Shown: in pieces, positions 51,453-61,157 of the stretch
Layout: each line of letters begins with the position of its first letter
Numbering within the stretch: position 1 is the first letter of the stretch
Source of the DNA: Bacillota bacterium
Lineage (GTDB): Bacteria > Bacillota > Sulfobacillia > UBA995
Length of the DNA stretch: 64,000 nucleotides
Direction: 5' to 3'
NCBI GenBank assembly: GCA_035477115.1
Contig: DATIKW010000039.1
Coordinates: 19,405 to 83,404 of the forward strand
The notes under the pieces: generated by a model
Databases searched by the model: none
What the model saw: the letters and a program-made list of their open reading frames with translations, nothing else
What the model was told of the DNA's origin: nothing
Program-made: the position numbers and the translations under genes

Positions 51453-51474
51453 CGCTTTCCCTCCTCCGAGCCTG

Positions 51475-52311
51475 TCAGTATTCGGCCGGCATCTGCCGGA
51501 GTTGCTCGTAGCTGAAGACCGGGCCGTCCTGGCAGACGTAGCGGGAGCCGATGTTGCACCGCCCGCACTTGCCGATGCCGCACTTCATGCGCATCTCCAG
51601 GGTGGTAATGACCTGGTCCGGGGTGAAGCCCAGTTTTTCGAGATCCTGGAGCACGAACTTGATCATGACCGGCGGCCCGCAGGTGACGGTGACGGCGTTT
51701 TCCGGCCGGGGCGCCAGCTCCCGGAGCACCTGGGGCACGAAGCCGACGCGGCCCTGCCAGGAAGCATCGCCCCGGTCCACCGTTACCTCGAGGGCGAGGT
51801 CGTCCCGCTGCCGCCACCGCTCGAGTTCCCACTTGAAGACCAGATCGCCGGGGCTGCGCGCCCCGTAGATGATGCTGACCGCGCCATACCGGTCCCGGTT
51901 GGCCGGGTCCAGCACGAAGGTGATCAGCGAGCGGAGGGGGGCCAGGCCGATGCCGCCGGCGATGAACACCACATCCTTGCCTTCCATCTCCCGGTAGGGG
52001 AAGTGGTTGCCGTAGGGGCCCCGGATCCCGAGATAATCTCCCGGCCGGGCGTGATGCATGGCCGTGGTCATCACCCCGGCCCGCTTCACGGCGAATTCCA
52101 GGTAACCTTCCTGGGTCGGCGACGAGGTGATGGATATGGGAGCCTCGCCGACCCCAATCACCGATACCTCGGCGAACTGGCCCGGCTCGTACCGGAATCC
52201 ATCCCGCACCTCCGGTTCGGCGAAGGCGACGCGGAAGGTCTTGACGTCCTGGGAAGCGGTCTCGGGGATGACCTCCTGGATGACGGCCAGGTGAGGCAGG
52301 TACGGATTCAA
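51475..52311 (-). CDS. FlxA/HydG-like NAD(P)H:FAD oxidoreductase subunit with C-terminal 2Fe-2S (sulfhydrogenase gamma / NfnA-like)
   Basis: FNR-like FAD/NAD-binding fold (FIAGGIGLAPLRSL) and a C-terminal CGIGKCGRCNIG cluster motif. Start trimmed to the TTG at 52311, immediately after the upstream stop and 7 nt after AAGGGGG. Confidence 0.75.
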   Translation of the reverse strand: MNPYLPHLAVIQEVIPETASQDVKTFRVAFAEPEVRDGFRYEPGQFAEVSVIGVGEAPISITSSPTQEGYLEFAVKRAGVMTTAMHHARPGDYLGIRGPYGNHFPYREMEGKDVVFIAGGIGLAPLRSLITFVLDPANRDRYGAVSIIYGARSPGDLVFKWELERWRQRDDLALEVTVDRGDASWQGRVGFVPQVLRELAPRPENAVTVTCGPPVMIKFVLQDLEKLGFTPDQVITTLEMRMKCGIGKCGRCNIGSRYVCQDGPVFSYEQLRQMPAEY

Positions 52312-53333
52312 GCTCGCACCCCCTTGAGCTGGTCGAGGACCGAGCGGAGGTCCACGTTGGCCGGACAAATCTCCACGCAGCGGCCGCAGCCGACGCAGGC
52401 CGGGCGGCCCCGGCGCTCCGGGTAATAGCAGAACTTGTGCATCAGCCGCTGGCGCATGCGCTCCTTCCCGGTGGTGCGCGGGTTATGGCCGGAAGCGTGG
52501 AGGGTGAAGGCCGGGAACATGCACGAGTCCCAGCGCCGCCAGCGCCGGCCGTCCTCGTCGCCCACGTCGAAACAGTGGCAGGTAGGACACAGATAAGTGC
52601 ACGCGGCACAGCCCAGGCAGCGTTCGTGCAGCCGATCCCATAGCGCGTGCTCGAAACCCCGGGCCAGCGTCGCCTGAAGGTCGACGGGGGGCGAGCCCGC
52701 CAGTCGTTCCCGGGCGCGGGCCGCGACGGCCTCCGCCGCCGCCTGCTGCTCCGGCCGGGCGGGCGGGAGCCCCAGCGGCTCCGTCCAGGCCCGACCCCGC
52801 TCGGTCAGGGGGCGCACCAGGTAGCCGCCGTCCACGGGCACCAGCAACACGTCCAGGCCTTCCTCGCCCAGGGGGTCGCCGCCCGCCGCCGGGCAGAAGC
52901 AGGCCGGGCCGGGCCGGTCGCACCCCAGCCCCACCAGGGTGGCCGCTTGCCGCCGGCCCGCCCAAAGGCCATCGACATGCGGGGGTTCCTCGAACACCGG
53001 ATCGAGCAAGGCCAGCGCCCGGGCGTCGCACGGCCTCACCCCGAAGACCACCATGGGCTGGCCGGAGGGTTCGGCCGGTTGCAGCCGGGGGACGCCGTCC
53101 ACCGTCGCGTAACCGAACAACACCTCGGCGCGGGGGAAGAACACTTCCTTGAGCGTGCGGCGGGTGGGACCGGCTTCCCGGTCGAGACACAGTCCGGGGC
53201 GGTAAGGGATGAAGCCCGAATCCTCGCCCCGTCCCGCCGCCACCCAGGTCGGGCCGCGCTCGGCGGAAGCCGCCAGGACCGCAGGCAGCTGGTCGCGAGT
53301 CAGGAAGACCGCCATGGCAGGCCTCTCCTTCAT
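52308..53333 (-). CDS. FlxB/HydB-like 4Fe-4S iron-sulfur subunit (sulfhydrogenase beta / AsrA-like)
   Basis: CFCPAAGG, CLGCAACTYLCPTCHC and CVGCGRCVEICPANVDL cluster motifs. Start trimmed to the ATG at 53333, which overlaps the upstream stop (ATGA) behind GGGAGGAG. Confidence 0.7.
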   Translation of the reverse strand: MKERPAMAVFLTRDQLPAVLAASAERGPTWVAAGRGEDSGFIPYRPGLCLDREAGPTRRTLKEVFFPRAEVLFGYATVDGVPRLQPAEPSGQPMVVFGVRPCDARALALLDPVFEEPPHVDGLWAGRRQAATLVGLGCDRPGPACFCPAAGGDPLGEEGLDVLLVPVDGGYLVRPLTERGRAWTEPLGLPPARPEQQAAAEAVAARARERLAGSPPVDLQATLARGFEHALWDRLHERCLGCAACTYLCPTCHCFDVGDEDGRRWRRWDSCMFPAFTLHASGHNPRTTGKERMRQRLMHKFCYYPERRGRPACVGCGRCVEICPANVDLRSVLDQLKGVRA

Positions 53334-54268
53334 AGGATGAACTCCTCCCGGTCGTCCGGTCGGAAACTGCCGACCAGGGGGCGCGCCTCCGGGTCGACTC
53401 CCGGGCGGTGGTCGAAGCGTTCGGCGGCCTCCCGCTCCAGCGCCAGGTGGAGGTGACGCAGATCGACGCCCACCGGGCACGCACGGGCGCAGGCGCCGCA
53501 GTCGACGCACCGGCCGGCCAGGTGCATGGCCCGGACGAGATGGAATAGCATCGCCTCCGACGGGTCGGCGGTCGGCCCCAGCAGGGCCGGGGCGGTACGG
53601 TCGGCGAAGCACTCCGCGCAGACGCACATGGGGCATGCCTGGCGGCAAGCATAGCAGGCGATGCACCGTTCGGCCGCCTGCCGGAACTCCTCCCGGCGCT
53701 GCTCGGGCGAAAGGGCGGTCCGCGCGTCGAGCCGTGCGAAGCGGTCGCCTTCGGGAGGGGCGGGCGCCTCGGGCGCCACCCAGTATATCCCGGGATCAGG
53801 CAGCCGGCACCCCTGGCACGCCGGGTCCCGCACTTCCACCCAGGGAAACTCCTCCTGCCAACCGTCCCCCACCACGACCAGGCGGTCGCCGGCCAGGCGA
53901 CCCTCGCGGATCACGCGGTCGGCCAGGCGGGAGGCGAGGGCGCGCCGGGAGATCATGCCCGAACACGGCAGGCCGATGGCCAGCACCCGGTCGCGGGCAA
54001 TCCGATTTTCCCGCACCTGTTCCACCAGCGTCCGGGCTTCGCAGGGCCGGGCGGCCAGCGCCACCCGCTCTTCCTTGAGGCGCCCGAGATATCCGGACAG
54101 GTTATGGTCGCAAGTGGGATCATACACCAGCCGCTCGGCATCCCCCGGCTCCCTGGCGAACAGGGGCGTGGTCCGCAAGGGCAAGGTCCCCCGCTCCCAG
54201 CCCAGCACGAGTTGAACCGTGCCCTCCGCCAGCAGTCGGGCCGCCGTTTCCCGCAGGTTCGCCGTCAA
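53330..54268 (-). CDS. FlxC-like 4Fe-4S iron-sulfur subunit
   Basis: Track ORF 53330..55030 trimmed to the TTG at 54268, which overlaps the mvhD stop (TTGA). C-terminal CIACYACRQACPMCVCAEC and CVDCGACARACPVGVDL ferredoxin motifs. Confidence 0.6.
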   Translation of the reverse strand: MTANLRETAARLLAEGTVQLVLGWERGTLPLRTTPLFAREPGDAERLVYDPTCDHNLSGYLGRLKEERVALAARPCEARTLVEQVRENRIARDRVLAIGLPCSGMISRRALASRLADRVIREGRLAGDRLVVVGDGWQEEFPWVEVRDPACQGCRLPDPGIYWVAPEAPAPPEGDRFARLDARTALSPEQRREEFRQAAERCIACYACRQACPMCVCAECFADRTAPALLGPTADPSEAMLFHLVRAMHLAGRCVDCGACARACPVGVDLRHLHLALEREAAERFDHRPGVDPEARPLVGSFRPDDREEFIL

Positions 54269-54711
54269 GGACAGGATGCTCGCCCCGCTTTCGACAGGAA
54301 TCCCGCCGGCCCCAGCGCCTTCACGTCGCCGACGACCTTGCGGATGACATCGGCGAACTTCTGGCCCTCGGCCGCCGAGACCCAGGAGAATTGCACCCGC
54401 TGTTCCTCCATCCCCACCTGTTCCAGGAGCCGCTTGAGCAAGGCGAACTTGCGCCGCGCCACCAGGTTGCCCGCCAGGTAGTGGCAATCTCCGGGATGAC
54501 ACCCCGAGACCAGCACGCCATCCGCCCCTCGCTGCAAGGCTTTCAGGATGTAGATGGGGTTGACCGCTCCGGAACACGGTACGCGCACCACCCGGACATT
54601 GGGCGGGTACTGCAGGCGGGATATGCCCGCCAGGTCGGCCCCGGCGTAGCTGCACCAGTGGCACAGGAAGGCGACGATCTTCGGTTCCCAGGTCGCACTC
54701 GCCGCATTCAT
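54265..54711 (-). CDS. mvhD: MvhD/FlxD-like hydrogenase iron-sulfur (2Fe-2S) subunit
   Basis: KIVAFLCHWCSYAGADLAG...VVRVPCSGAVNPIYILKALQRGADGVLVSGCHPGDCHYLAGN, the canonical MvhD motif set. ATG at 54711 overlaps the hdrL stop (ATGA). Confidence 0.8.
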   Translation of the reverse strand: MNAASATWEPKIVAFLCHWCSYAGADLAGISRLQYPPNVRVVRVPCSGAVNPIYILKALQRGADGVLVSGCHPGDCHYLAGNLVARRKFALLKRLLEQVGMEEQRVQFSWVSAAEGQKFADVIRKVVGDVKALGPAGFLSKAGRASCP

Positions 54712-57700
54712 AGGAGCGCCGCCACCTCCGCCAGGATCTGTTCCTCGGTGAAGCCGCGGAGCACGATCGCGCCACACCAGCAGGTGGCGGCGCAGGCCCC
54801 GCAGCCCTTGCACAGCGCCTTCTCCACCGCCGCCTTGCCCCGGGCCGGGTCGAGTTTGATGGCCGAGTACTGGCACACGCTCTCACAGGTGCGACAGCCG
54901 CCGCAGCGGGCCTCGCGAACCTCGGCCACGGCCCCTCCGGCCTCGATCGAGTCGCGGGCGATGACCGTAGCCGCCCGGCCCACCGCCGCCAGCGCCTGGG
55001 CCATGCTCTCGGACAAGGTCTTGGGAGCATGGGCCAGCCCCGCGACGAAGACCCCGTCGGTGGCGAAGTCGACCGGTCGCAGTTTGGCGTGGGCCTCGAG
55101 GAAGAAGCCGTCGGCGTTCAGCGGCACTTTGAGCGCCTGAGCTAGTTCGCGGGCGTCGGGCCGCGGGGCGATCCCCGAGGCCAGCACCACCAGGCCCGCC
55201 GGGATGCGCACCGGCATGCCCAGCAAGTCGTCGGTGACCGTCACTTCCCGCCGCCCGTCTTCGCCGGCGGCCACCCGGGGGGGATCATCCTCCGTGTAGC
55301 GATAGAAGATGACGCCCGCCTCCCGCGCCTCGCGGTACTGCTCTTCTTTCAGCCCATAGGTGCGGATGTCGCGGTGGATGACGTGGACCTCGCGCCGGGG
55401 ATCGAGCGCCTTCAACGCCAGGGCATTCTTCACCATGTGCGAGCAACACACCCGGCTGCAGTACGGCCGTTCGGGAGTACGCGACCCCGCGCAGCCGATC
55501 ATGACGATATCGCCCTCCGGCACCCGTCCCCCGGCCAGCGCTTCTTCCAGTTCGAGTTGCGTGATCACCCGGGGGTCAGTGCCGTAGCCGGTATCGGAGG
55601 GCACGGCCGGGAGGGCGCCGGTCGCGACCACCACCACCCCGTGGCGCACGGCGACCTCACCCTCCGGCGTGGCCAGGAGGGTCTCGAAGTTGCCCACAAA
55701 GCCTTCGATGTTGCGGACACGGGATCCGGTGTGCACGGTCACCAGCGGGTGGGTCTTGACCGCCTCGATGGTCCGGGCCACCAGGGCGGGCACATCCTCG
55801 CCCTCCAGCGTCCGGGTCAGCCGGCGGGCCTGCCCTCCCAGCTCGACCTCGCGCTCCACGAGGCCTACCGGGTAACCCTGCCGGGCGAAGGCGAGGGTCG
55901 CGGTCAAGCCGGCCATGCCGCCCCCGATCACCAGCGCGGCCCGCGTCACCGGGACAGGCACCCGGTACAGCGGTTCCAGGTGGCGGGCCTTGGCCACCGC
56001 CATCGCCAACAGGTCGCGGGATTTGGCCGTGGCGGCGTCGGGATCGTGCATGTGCACCCAGGAACACTGGTCGCGGATGTTGGCCATCTCGAACAGGTAA
56101 GGGTTCAGGCCGCCCTCGCGGATGCTCTGCTGAAATAACGGCTCGTGGGTCCGCGGCGAGCAGGAAGCCACGACCACCCGATTGAGGTCGTGCTCCTCGA
56201 TGAGCTGCTTGATGCGGTCTTGCGTGTCTTGCGAGCAGGTGTACAGGTTGTCCTCGACATGCACCACGTACGGCAGACCGCGCGCAAAGTCGGCCACTTC
56301 CTTGACCCGGACGACGCCGCCGATATTGATGCCGCAGTGGCACACGAACACGCCGATCCGGGGCGGGCGGTTGGCCACGGCCCGCTCGAGGGGGTACTCC
56401 TTGTGCCGGACGAGTTCGCCGCGGCTGGAGGCGAGCACCGTCCCCGCTTCCGCGGCGGCGGCGCTGGCCTCCACCACCGTCTCGGGTATGTCCTTGGGGG
56501 CGGCGAAGGGGCCGGCCACGAGGATGCCGGGACGGGAAGTGCAAGTCGGCTTCCCGGAGGGGGTGCGGGGGAAACCGTGCCGGTCGGTGCTGATCCCCAG
56601 CCGCTCGACCAGTTCGACCATGGCCGGTTCCGGCCGCATGCCCACCGACAGCACCACGAGATCGAAGTCCTCCCGGGCCGGCCGGCCGTCTTCCCCGGCA
56701 TAATGCACGGTGAGGTCCCCCGGGGCGCCGCCGGCTTCTACCGCCTCCACCCGGCTGCGTACCAGGCGCACCCCGTACTCCCGCTGGGCGCGGTTCAGGT
56801 AGTGCTCGAAATCCTTGCCGTAGGCGCGCATATCCATGTAGAAGATGCTGATCGCCAGTTCCTCGGCCGAGTGCTCTTTGGCGATGACCGCCTCTTTCAG
56901 GGCGTACATGCAGCACACGGAGGAGCAGTATCCCTCGCCGTGCCGGAGGTCCCGCGAGCCGATGCATTGCAGGAAGGCGATGCGCCGCGGGACCTTGCGG
57001 TCCGACGGCCGCACCACATGCCCGTCGTAGGGCCCGGAGGCCGACAGGATCCGCTCGAACTCCATGCTGGTGACGACATTGGGGTGGCGCCCGTAGCCGA
57101 GCGGTACGAGGTCCTCCGGGGCGGTGGTGGCGAAGCCCGGACACAGGATGACCGCCCCTACCTTCAACTCGACCTCTTCGGGCGCCATGTCGTGGACGAT
57201 GGCGCGAGCCTGGCATACCCGCTCGCACTCCCGGCACTCGGCGCAGACGCCGCAGTCCAGGCAGCGCCCAGCCTCGGCCATCGCCGCCTCCTGGCTCAGC
57301 CCGAGTTCCACTTCCCGAAAGTCGCCTCGGCGGGCTACGGGATCGAGTTCCGGCATGGCCGCGCGCGGCGCCCGTGCCTCACCCCACGGCACCGGCCCCA
57401 CGGCCGGGGCCGGGACGGGCCGAGCGGCGATCGGGATCTCTCCGTCCAGGTGGCGGCGGATGGAGGCGGCGGCCCTGCGGCCGGCGGCGATGGCTTCGAC
57501 GGCCGTGGCCGGACCGGTCACCGCGTCGCCGCCGGCGAACACACCCGGGCGGGCGGTGGCGAGCGTCTCCGGGTCGGCCGCCAGGTTGCCCCACCGGTCG
57601 GTCATCCCCGGCGGGGCGAAGGCGGTGTCCGGCGTCTGACCGATGGCGACGATCACCTGGTCCGCCTCGAGGGTGAAGTCGGAGCCGGGCACGGGCACCG

Positions 57701-59111
57701 GCCGGCGCCGGCCCGAGGCATCGGCCTCGCCTAGCTGCATGCGGAGGCAGCGCAGGCCCTGCGCCTGACCTTCGCCCAGCACGGCGGCAGGCGCGGTGAG
57801 GAACCGGAACTCGATCCCTTCCTCCTCGGCGGCCGCCACCTCGTGGGCTGCGGCCGGCATCTCCCCCCGGGACCGGCGGTACACCACGGTGACGCTGCGG
57901 GCGCCCAGGCGAAGGCTGCTGCGGGCGGCGTCGATGGCGACGTTGCCGCCGCCGATCACCAGCACCTGCCGGCCCACGGTCACCGGCTCGCCCAGGTTGA
58001 CCTGCCGCAGGAACTCCACCCCGGATACCACGCCCGGGACATCCTCGCCGGGCACGCCCAGCTTCTGATCCCGGTGGGCCCCGACCGCCAGGAATACCGC
58101 CTGGTAGCCGCCGGCGGCCAGATCGTCCAGGGTGAAGTCGCGGCCCAGAGCTGTCCCGGTGCGGATCTCCACCCCCAGGCGGGCGATCTGATCGATCTCC
58201 GCCCGCAGGATGTCCCGCGGCAAGCGGTATTCGGGGATGCCCACGGTCAACATCCCGCCGGCTACCGGCAAGGCCTCGAACACGGTCACGGGGAAGCCGT
58301 CGAGGGCCAGGTAATGGGCACAGGTCAGTCCCGCGGGGCCGGAGCCCACCACCGCCACCCGTTCCCGGCGCGGCGCGGAACATTCGGGCAAGGCGATTTC
58401 GCCGGCATGCTCGAGTTCATAGTCGGCAATCATCCGCTTCAGCGGGCGGATGGCCACCGGTTCGTCGAGTAGCCCGCGGCGGCATGCCGCTTCGCAGGGG
58501 TGGTGGCAGACCCGGCCGCATACGGCGGGGAAGGGGTTATCGCGCTTGACCAGAGTCACGGCTTCCTGGAACTTGCCGGCGGCGATCAGGGCGACATACC
58601 CCTGGGCATGCACCCCCGCCGGGCAAGACACCTGGCACAGGGGCCGGTCGGCCTTGTCGATGGCGAAGGCATTGGGGTAAGCCTGGGGGAAGGGCCGGAA
58701 AATGGCCTTGCGCAGGTTGAGCCCGCCCTCATACTCGTTGGGCAGCCGGACCGGGCACTCTTTCTCGCAGTCGCCGCAGCCGGTGCAACGCGCGAGATCG
58801 ATGTACCGGGGCCGGCGCCGCACCCGAACGGTGAAGTTGCCCGGCTCGCCGGCGATGTCCAGCACTTCCGAACCGGTGAGCGTCTCGATGTTCAGGTGGC
58901 GGCCGCACTCCACCAGCTTCGGCGACAGGATGCACATGGCGCAGTCATTGGTCGGGAAGGTCTTGTCCAGCCGGGCCATGGTCCCGCCGATCGAGGGCGA
59001 CTTCTCTACCAGGTAAACGTAGAAACCGGACTCGGCCAGGTCCAGGGCGGCCTGCATCCCGGCGATGCCGCCTCCTACCACCAGGGCCGCGCCGGTCACG
59101 CCGCCGCTCAT
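54708..59111 (-). CDS. giant HdrA-family fusion (HdrL-like): HdrA module + GltD/NfnB-like NAD(P)H oxidoreductase module + ferredoxin + second HdrA module, 1467 aa
   Basis: Module 1: GGGIAGMQAALDL (FAD), CTGCGDCEKECP, CQVSCPAGVHA, CGRVCHHPCEAAC. Module 2: VAVVGSGPAGLTCAHYL ... VIGGGNVAIDAA (GltD-like). Ferredoxin CLDCGVCAECRECERVC. Module 3: VFVCHCGINIGGVV, ALVIGGGMAGLTA, CAGSRTPERPYCSRVCC, C-terminal CGGCRTCESVC...CKGCGACAATC. Confidence 0.85.
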   Translation of the reverse strand: MSGGVTGAALVVGGGIAGMQAALDLAESGFYVYLVEKSPSIGGTMARLDKTFPTNDCAMCILSPKLVECGRHLNIETLTGSEVLDIAGEPGNFTVRVRRRPRYIDLARCTGCGDCEKECPVRLPNEYEGGLNLRKAIFRPFPQAYPNAFAIDKADRPLCQVSCPAGVHAQGYVALIAAGKFQEAVTLVKRDNPFPAVCGRVCHHPCEAACRRGLLDEPVAIRPLKRMIADYELEHAGEIALPECSAPRRERVAVVGSGPAGLTCAHYLALDGFPVTVFEALPVAGGMLTVGIPEYRLPRDILRAEIDQIARLGVEIRTGTALGRDFTLDDLAAGGYQAVFLAVGAHRDQKLGVPGEDVPGVVSGVEFLRQVNLGEPVTVGRQVLVIGGGNVAIDAARSSLRLGARSVTVVYRRSRGEMPAAAHEVAAAEEEGIEFRFLTAPAAVLGEGQAQGLRCLRMQLGEADASGRRRPVPVPGSDFTLEADQVIVAIGQTPDTAFAPPGMTDRWGNLAADPETLATARPGVFAGGDAVTGPATAVEAIAAGRRAAASIRRHLDGEIPIAARPVPAPAVGPVPWGEARAPRAAMPELDPVARRGDFREVELGLSQEAAMAEAGRCLDCGVCAECRECERVCQARAIVHDMAPEEVELKVGAVILCPGFATTAPEDLVPLGYGRHPNVVTSMEFERILSASGPYDGHVVRPSDRKVPRRIAFLQCIGSRDLRHGEGYCSSVCCMYALKEAVIAKEHSAEELAISIFYMDMRAYGKDFEHYLNRAQREYGVRLVRSRVEAVEAGGAPGDLTVHYAGEDGRPAREDFDLVVLSVGMRPEPAMVELVERLGISTDRHGFPRTPSGKPTCTSRPGILVAGPFAAPKDIPETVVEASAAAAEAGTVLASSRGELVRHKEYPLERAVANRPPRIGVFVCHCGINIGGVVRVKEVADFARGLPYVVHVEDNLYTCSQDTQDRIKQLIEEHDLNRVVVASCSPRTHEPLFQQSIREGGLNPYLFEMANIRDQCSWVHMHDPDAATAKSRDLLAMAVAKARHLEPLYRVPVPVTRAALVIGGGMAGLTATLAFARQGYPVGLVEREVELGGQARRLTRTLEGEDVPALVARTIEAVKTHPLVTVHTGSRVRNIEGFVGNFETLLATPEGEVAVRHGVVVVATGALPAVPSDTGYGTDPRVITQLELEEALAGGRVPEGDIVMIGCAGSRTPERPYCSRVCCSHMVKNALALKALDPRREVHVIHRDIRTYGLKEEQYREAREAGVIFYRYTEDDPPRVAAGEDGRREVTVTDDLLGMPVRIPAGLVVLASGIAPRPDARELAQALKVPLNADGFFLEAHAKLRPVDFATDGVFVAGLAHAPKTLSESMAQALAAVGRAATVIARDSIEAGGAVAEVREARCGGCRTCESVCQYSAIKLDPARGKAAVEKALCKGCGACAATCWCGAIVLRGFTEEQILAEVAALL

Positions 59112-59599
59112 GTCGTCTCCCCCACCTCGGCGAACAGTCGCTTGAGGTTGCCCGGATCGGGAGGGCCGGCGGCCGCTTTATCCCGCGCCAGGGCGCGCGC
59201 CGCTCCCAGCCTCAGTTGCTGAGCCAGATCGTCCATGGCTTTCAGCCGGGCGGGGAAAGACGGGTGCACGTAGCCGCGTTCGACGGCCAGTTCCCGGAGC
59301 ACGCCCATGACATCGGTGAACTTCACATCCTGAGGGCAGCGGGCATAGCAGGTAAAGCACAGCGTACACAACCAGATCAGGTCGGAGGTCAGCACGTCCT
59401 CCTCCAGTCCCAGGAGCACCATGCGGATGATGCGCCGGGGATTGTAGGCGCCGTCCACTTCCGCCACCGGACAGCCGGCCGTGCACACCCCGCAGCCGAA
59501 ACAAGCCTTGATGGCCTGGCCCCCGGGGCGCGCGGCCACCTCGTACTTGAACCTGGGGCTGACCAGCCGGGCGGGACTCGCGCTTGCCGCCGCCTTCAT
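59108..59599 (-). CDS. hdrC: HdrC-like 2x[4Fe-4S] subunit
   Basis: CFGCGVCTAGCP and CTLCFTCYARCP motifs. Trimmed from track ORF 59108..59965 to the ATG at 59599 behind GGGGGAGGGG; overlaps the upstream stop. Confidence 0.8.
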   Translation of the reverse strand: MKAAASASPARLVSPRFKYEVAARPGGQAIKACFGCGVCTAGCPVAEVDGAYNPRRIIRMVLLGLEEDVLTSDLIWLCTLCFTCYARCPQDVKFTDVMGVLRELAVERGYVHPSFPARLKAMDDLAQQLRLGAARALARDKAAAGPPDPGNLKRLFAEVGETT

Positions 59600-59985
59600 G
59601 ACCCCTCCCCCTTCCCGATGGCGTCCACCTGCCGCCGCATCTCCCGCGCCGCCCGAGCCAGGCGGGCCGCGCCCGCGGGTGAGGCGAACTCCAGCCGCAC
59701 CCTGGCGGGGTCCACCCCGGCTTCCTTCAGCAATCCGCGCAGGTATTCGATCCGGCGGCCGGCCACCAGGTTCCCCTGCAGGAACTCGCACGCCTCTTCG
59801 AAACACCCTACTACCATCACGCCGGCATAGCCCCGGGTGAGGGCGCCCGTCACATGCAGGACGTCGACCCTGCCCGAGCAGGGCACGGGGGAGAGCGTCC
59901 AGCCCGGCGGCCAGAAGCCGCCGGCCTCGGCCTCCTCGACGGCCCGCAAGGCGGAACGTTCGCATACGAAAGCCAGGAGCTTCAT
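59596..59985 (-). CDS. MvhD-like iron-sulfur subunit, divergent second copy
   Basis: AFVCERS...PVPCSGRVDVLHV...VVGCFEEACEFLQGN, a variant MvhD motif (GCxxxxCxF instead of GCHPGDCHY). 129 aa. Confidence 0.7.
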   Translation of the reverse strand: MKLLAFVCERSALRAVEEAEAGGFWPPGWTLSPVPCSGRVDVLHVTGALTRGYAGVMVVGCFEEACEFLQGNLVAGRRIEYLRGLLKEAGVDPARVRLEFASPAGAARLARAAREMRRQVDAIGKGEGS

Positions 59986-61157
59986 GCCGTCACCCCCAGC
60001 CGGCCGTATATCGCTTCATCGGTGGAGGACTGGATGGTGATGGCCAGCGCCGGACAGGCGGCGGCACACACCCCGCAGCCGCGGCAGGCGGCCGGGTCGG
60101 GGACGGCCACCACCAGGATCCCGGCCGGATCGGGTTGGATGGCGATCGCCCGGTGCGGGCACAGCCGTACGCAGGTGAGACATCGGGCACAACGCTGTCC
60201 GTCCACCCGCGCTCGGGCTTCCTCCGCCGGCTGCCGGAGGAAGGCGGCGACCGCGGCGGCGGCCGCCCGACCGTCGCCCAGGCACCCCTCCAGGTCGAGG
60301 TCGGCCCGGAGACTGCCGGCGAGGAAGATGCCGGGCCGAGGACTGCGGCTCCCAAGGCGCACATTGGCCCGGGCGGGCCCGAGGTCGATGCCTTCCCCCC
60401 GCGGCGCCTCCCGCTCGTCGATGGCCGCCAGGTCGAGGGTGACGCCCACCGGCAGTCCGTCAACCCCTGCCTCGAGGAAGAATGAGTCGCCGTCGTCTTG
60501 GAGCTTCAGGGGGTGCGCCCCTTGCTTGAAGAAGGTAACGCCCAGGTCGCGCGCCACCCGGTACCGGGCATCCAGACCGTCGCCGGCCACCCGCAGGTCC
60601 CGGCCGAACCAGGTGACCTCCGCCGCGAAATCGCGTCGCGCGGCAATGGCCAGGTTGAGGGCGGCCGCATGCTGGCGGCGGCTATCGGCGGCCGAGCCGT
60701 CGAGGAAGAGGCCGATGCGGCGGCCGCGCAGGCGGGCGATGGCGGTTTCCGGCCGGCCCAGCAGCTCGGCCAGCATCGACAAGCCGAGCACGCGAGGGCC
60801 CGGCTTCAAGCCGTGCGCCTCCGGCACGGGTATCCGCTCCACCCCCATGGCCAGGACCACGGCACGGGCCTCGCCCGGCCTGCCGTCCAAGTCTAGCTGG
60901 AACCGGCCCGGTCCGCCCCGGACGGCGCGCAGCCGGGTGCCGGGCAGCACCTCGACAGGGCTGAGATCTCCCTCCAGTTCGGCCAGCAGGCGGCGGTCAT
61001 CCGCCGGCGACCCGAGGTACCCGGGGAGGCTGCGCAGGGTGCCGCCGAGGGTGGATTTCGCCTCCGCCAGGGCGACCTGATGGCCCAGGCGGGCCAACGC
61101 GCCGGCGCAGGCCAGGCCGCTGGCGCCGCCGCCCGTGACGAGGATATCGGCCTTCAT
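59982..61157 (-). CDS. HdrA-like FAD oxidoreductase with C-terminal 2x[4Fe-4S] ferredoxin (half-HdrA, C-type)
   Basis: ADILVTGGGASGLACAGALA FAD motif; C-terminal CARCLTCVRLCPHRAI and CRGCGVCAAACPALAI. Start trimmed to the ATG at 61157 behind GGGAGGTG. Confidence 0.7.
   Translation of the reverse strand: MKADILVTGGGASGLACAGALARLGHQVALAEAKSTLGGTLRSLPGYLGSPADDRRLLAELEGDLSPVEVLPGTRLRAVRGGPGRFQLDLDGRPGEARAVVLAMGVERIPVPEAHGLKPGPRVLGLSMLAELLGRPETAIARLRGRRIGLFLDGSAADSRRQHAAALNLAIAARRDFAAEVTWFGRDLRVAGDGLDARYRVARDLGVTFFKQGAHPLKLQDDGDSFFLEAGVDGLPVGVTLDLAAIDEREAPRGEGIDLGPARANVRLGSRSPRPGIFLAGSLRADLDLEGCLGDGRAAAAAVAAFLRQPAEEARARVDGQRCARCLTCVRLCPHRAIAIQPDPAGILVVAVPDPAACRGCGVCAAACPALAITIQSSTDEAIYGRLGVTA

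Noticed and set aside
59095-59165. Apparent 2-nt frame discrepancy between my manual reading of the nucleotides and the ORF-track translations of hdrL (MSGGVTG...) and hdrC (...GPPDPGNLK...)
   Set aside because: It is most likely a reading or indexing error on my part at a line boundary. The track was computed from the sequence and both ORFs are intact there, so no frameshift or pseudogene is claimed. It would need a programmatic translation to settle.
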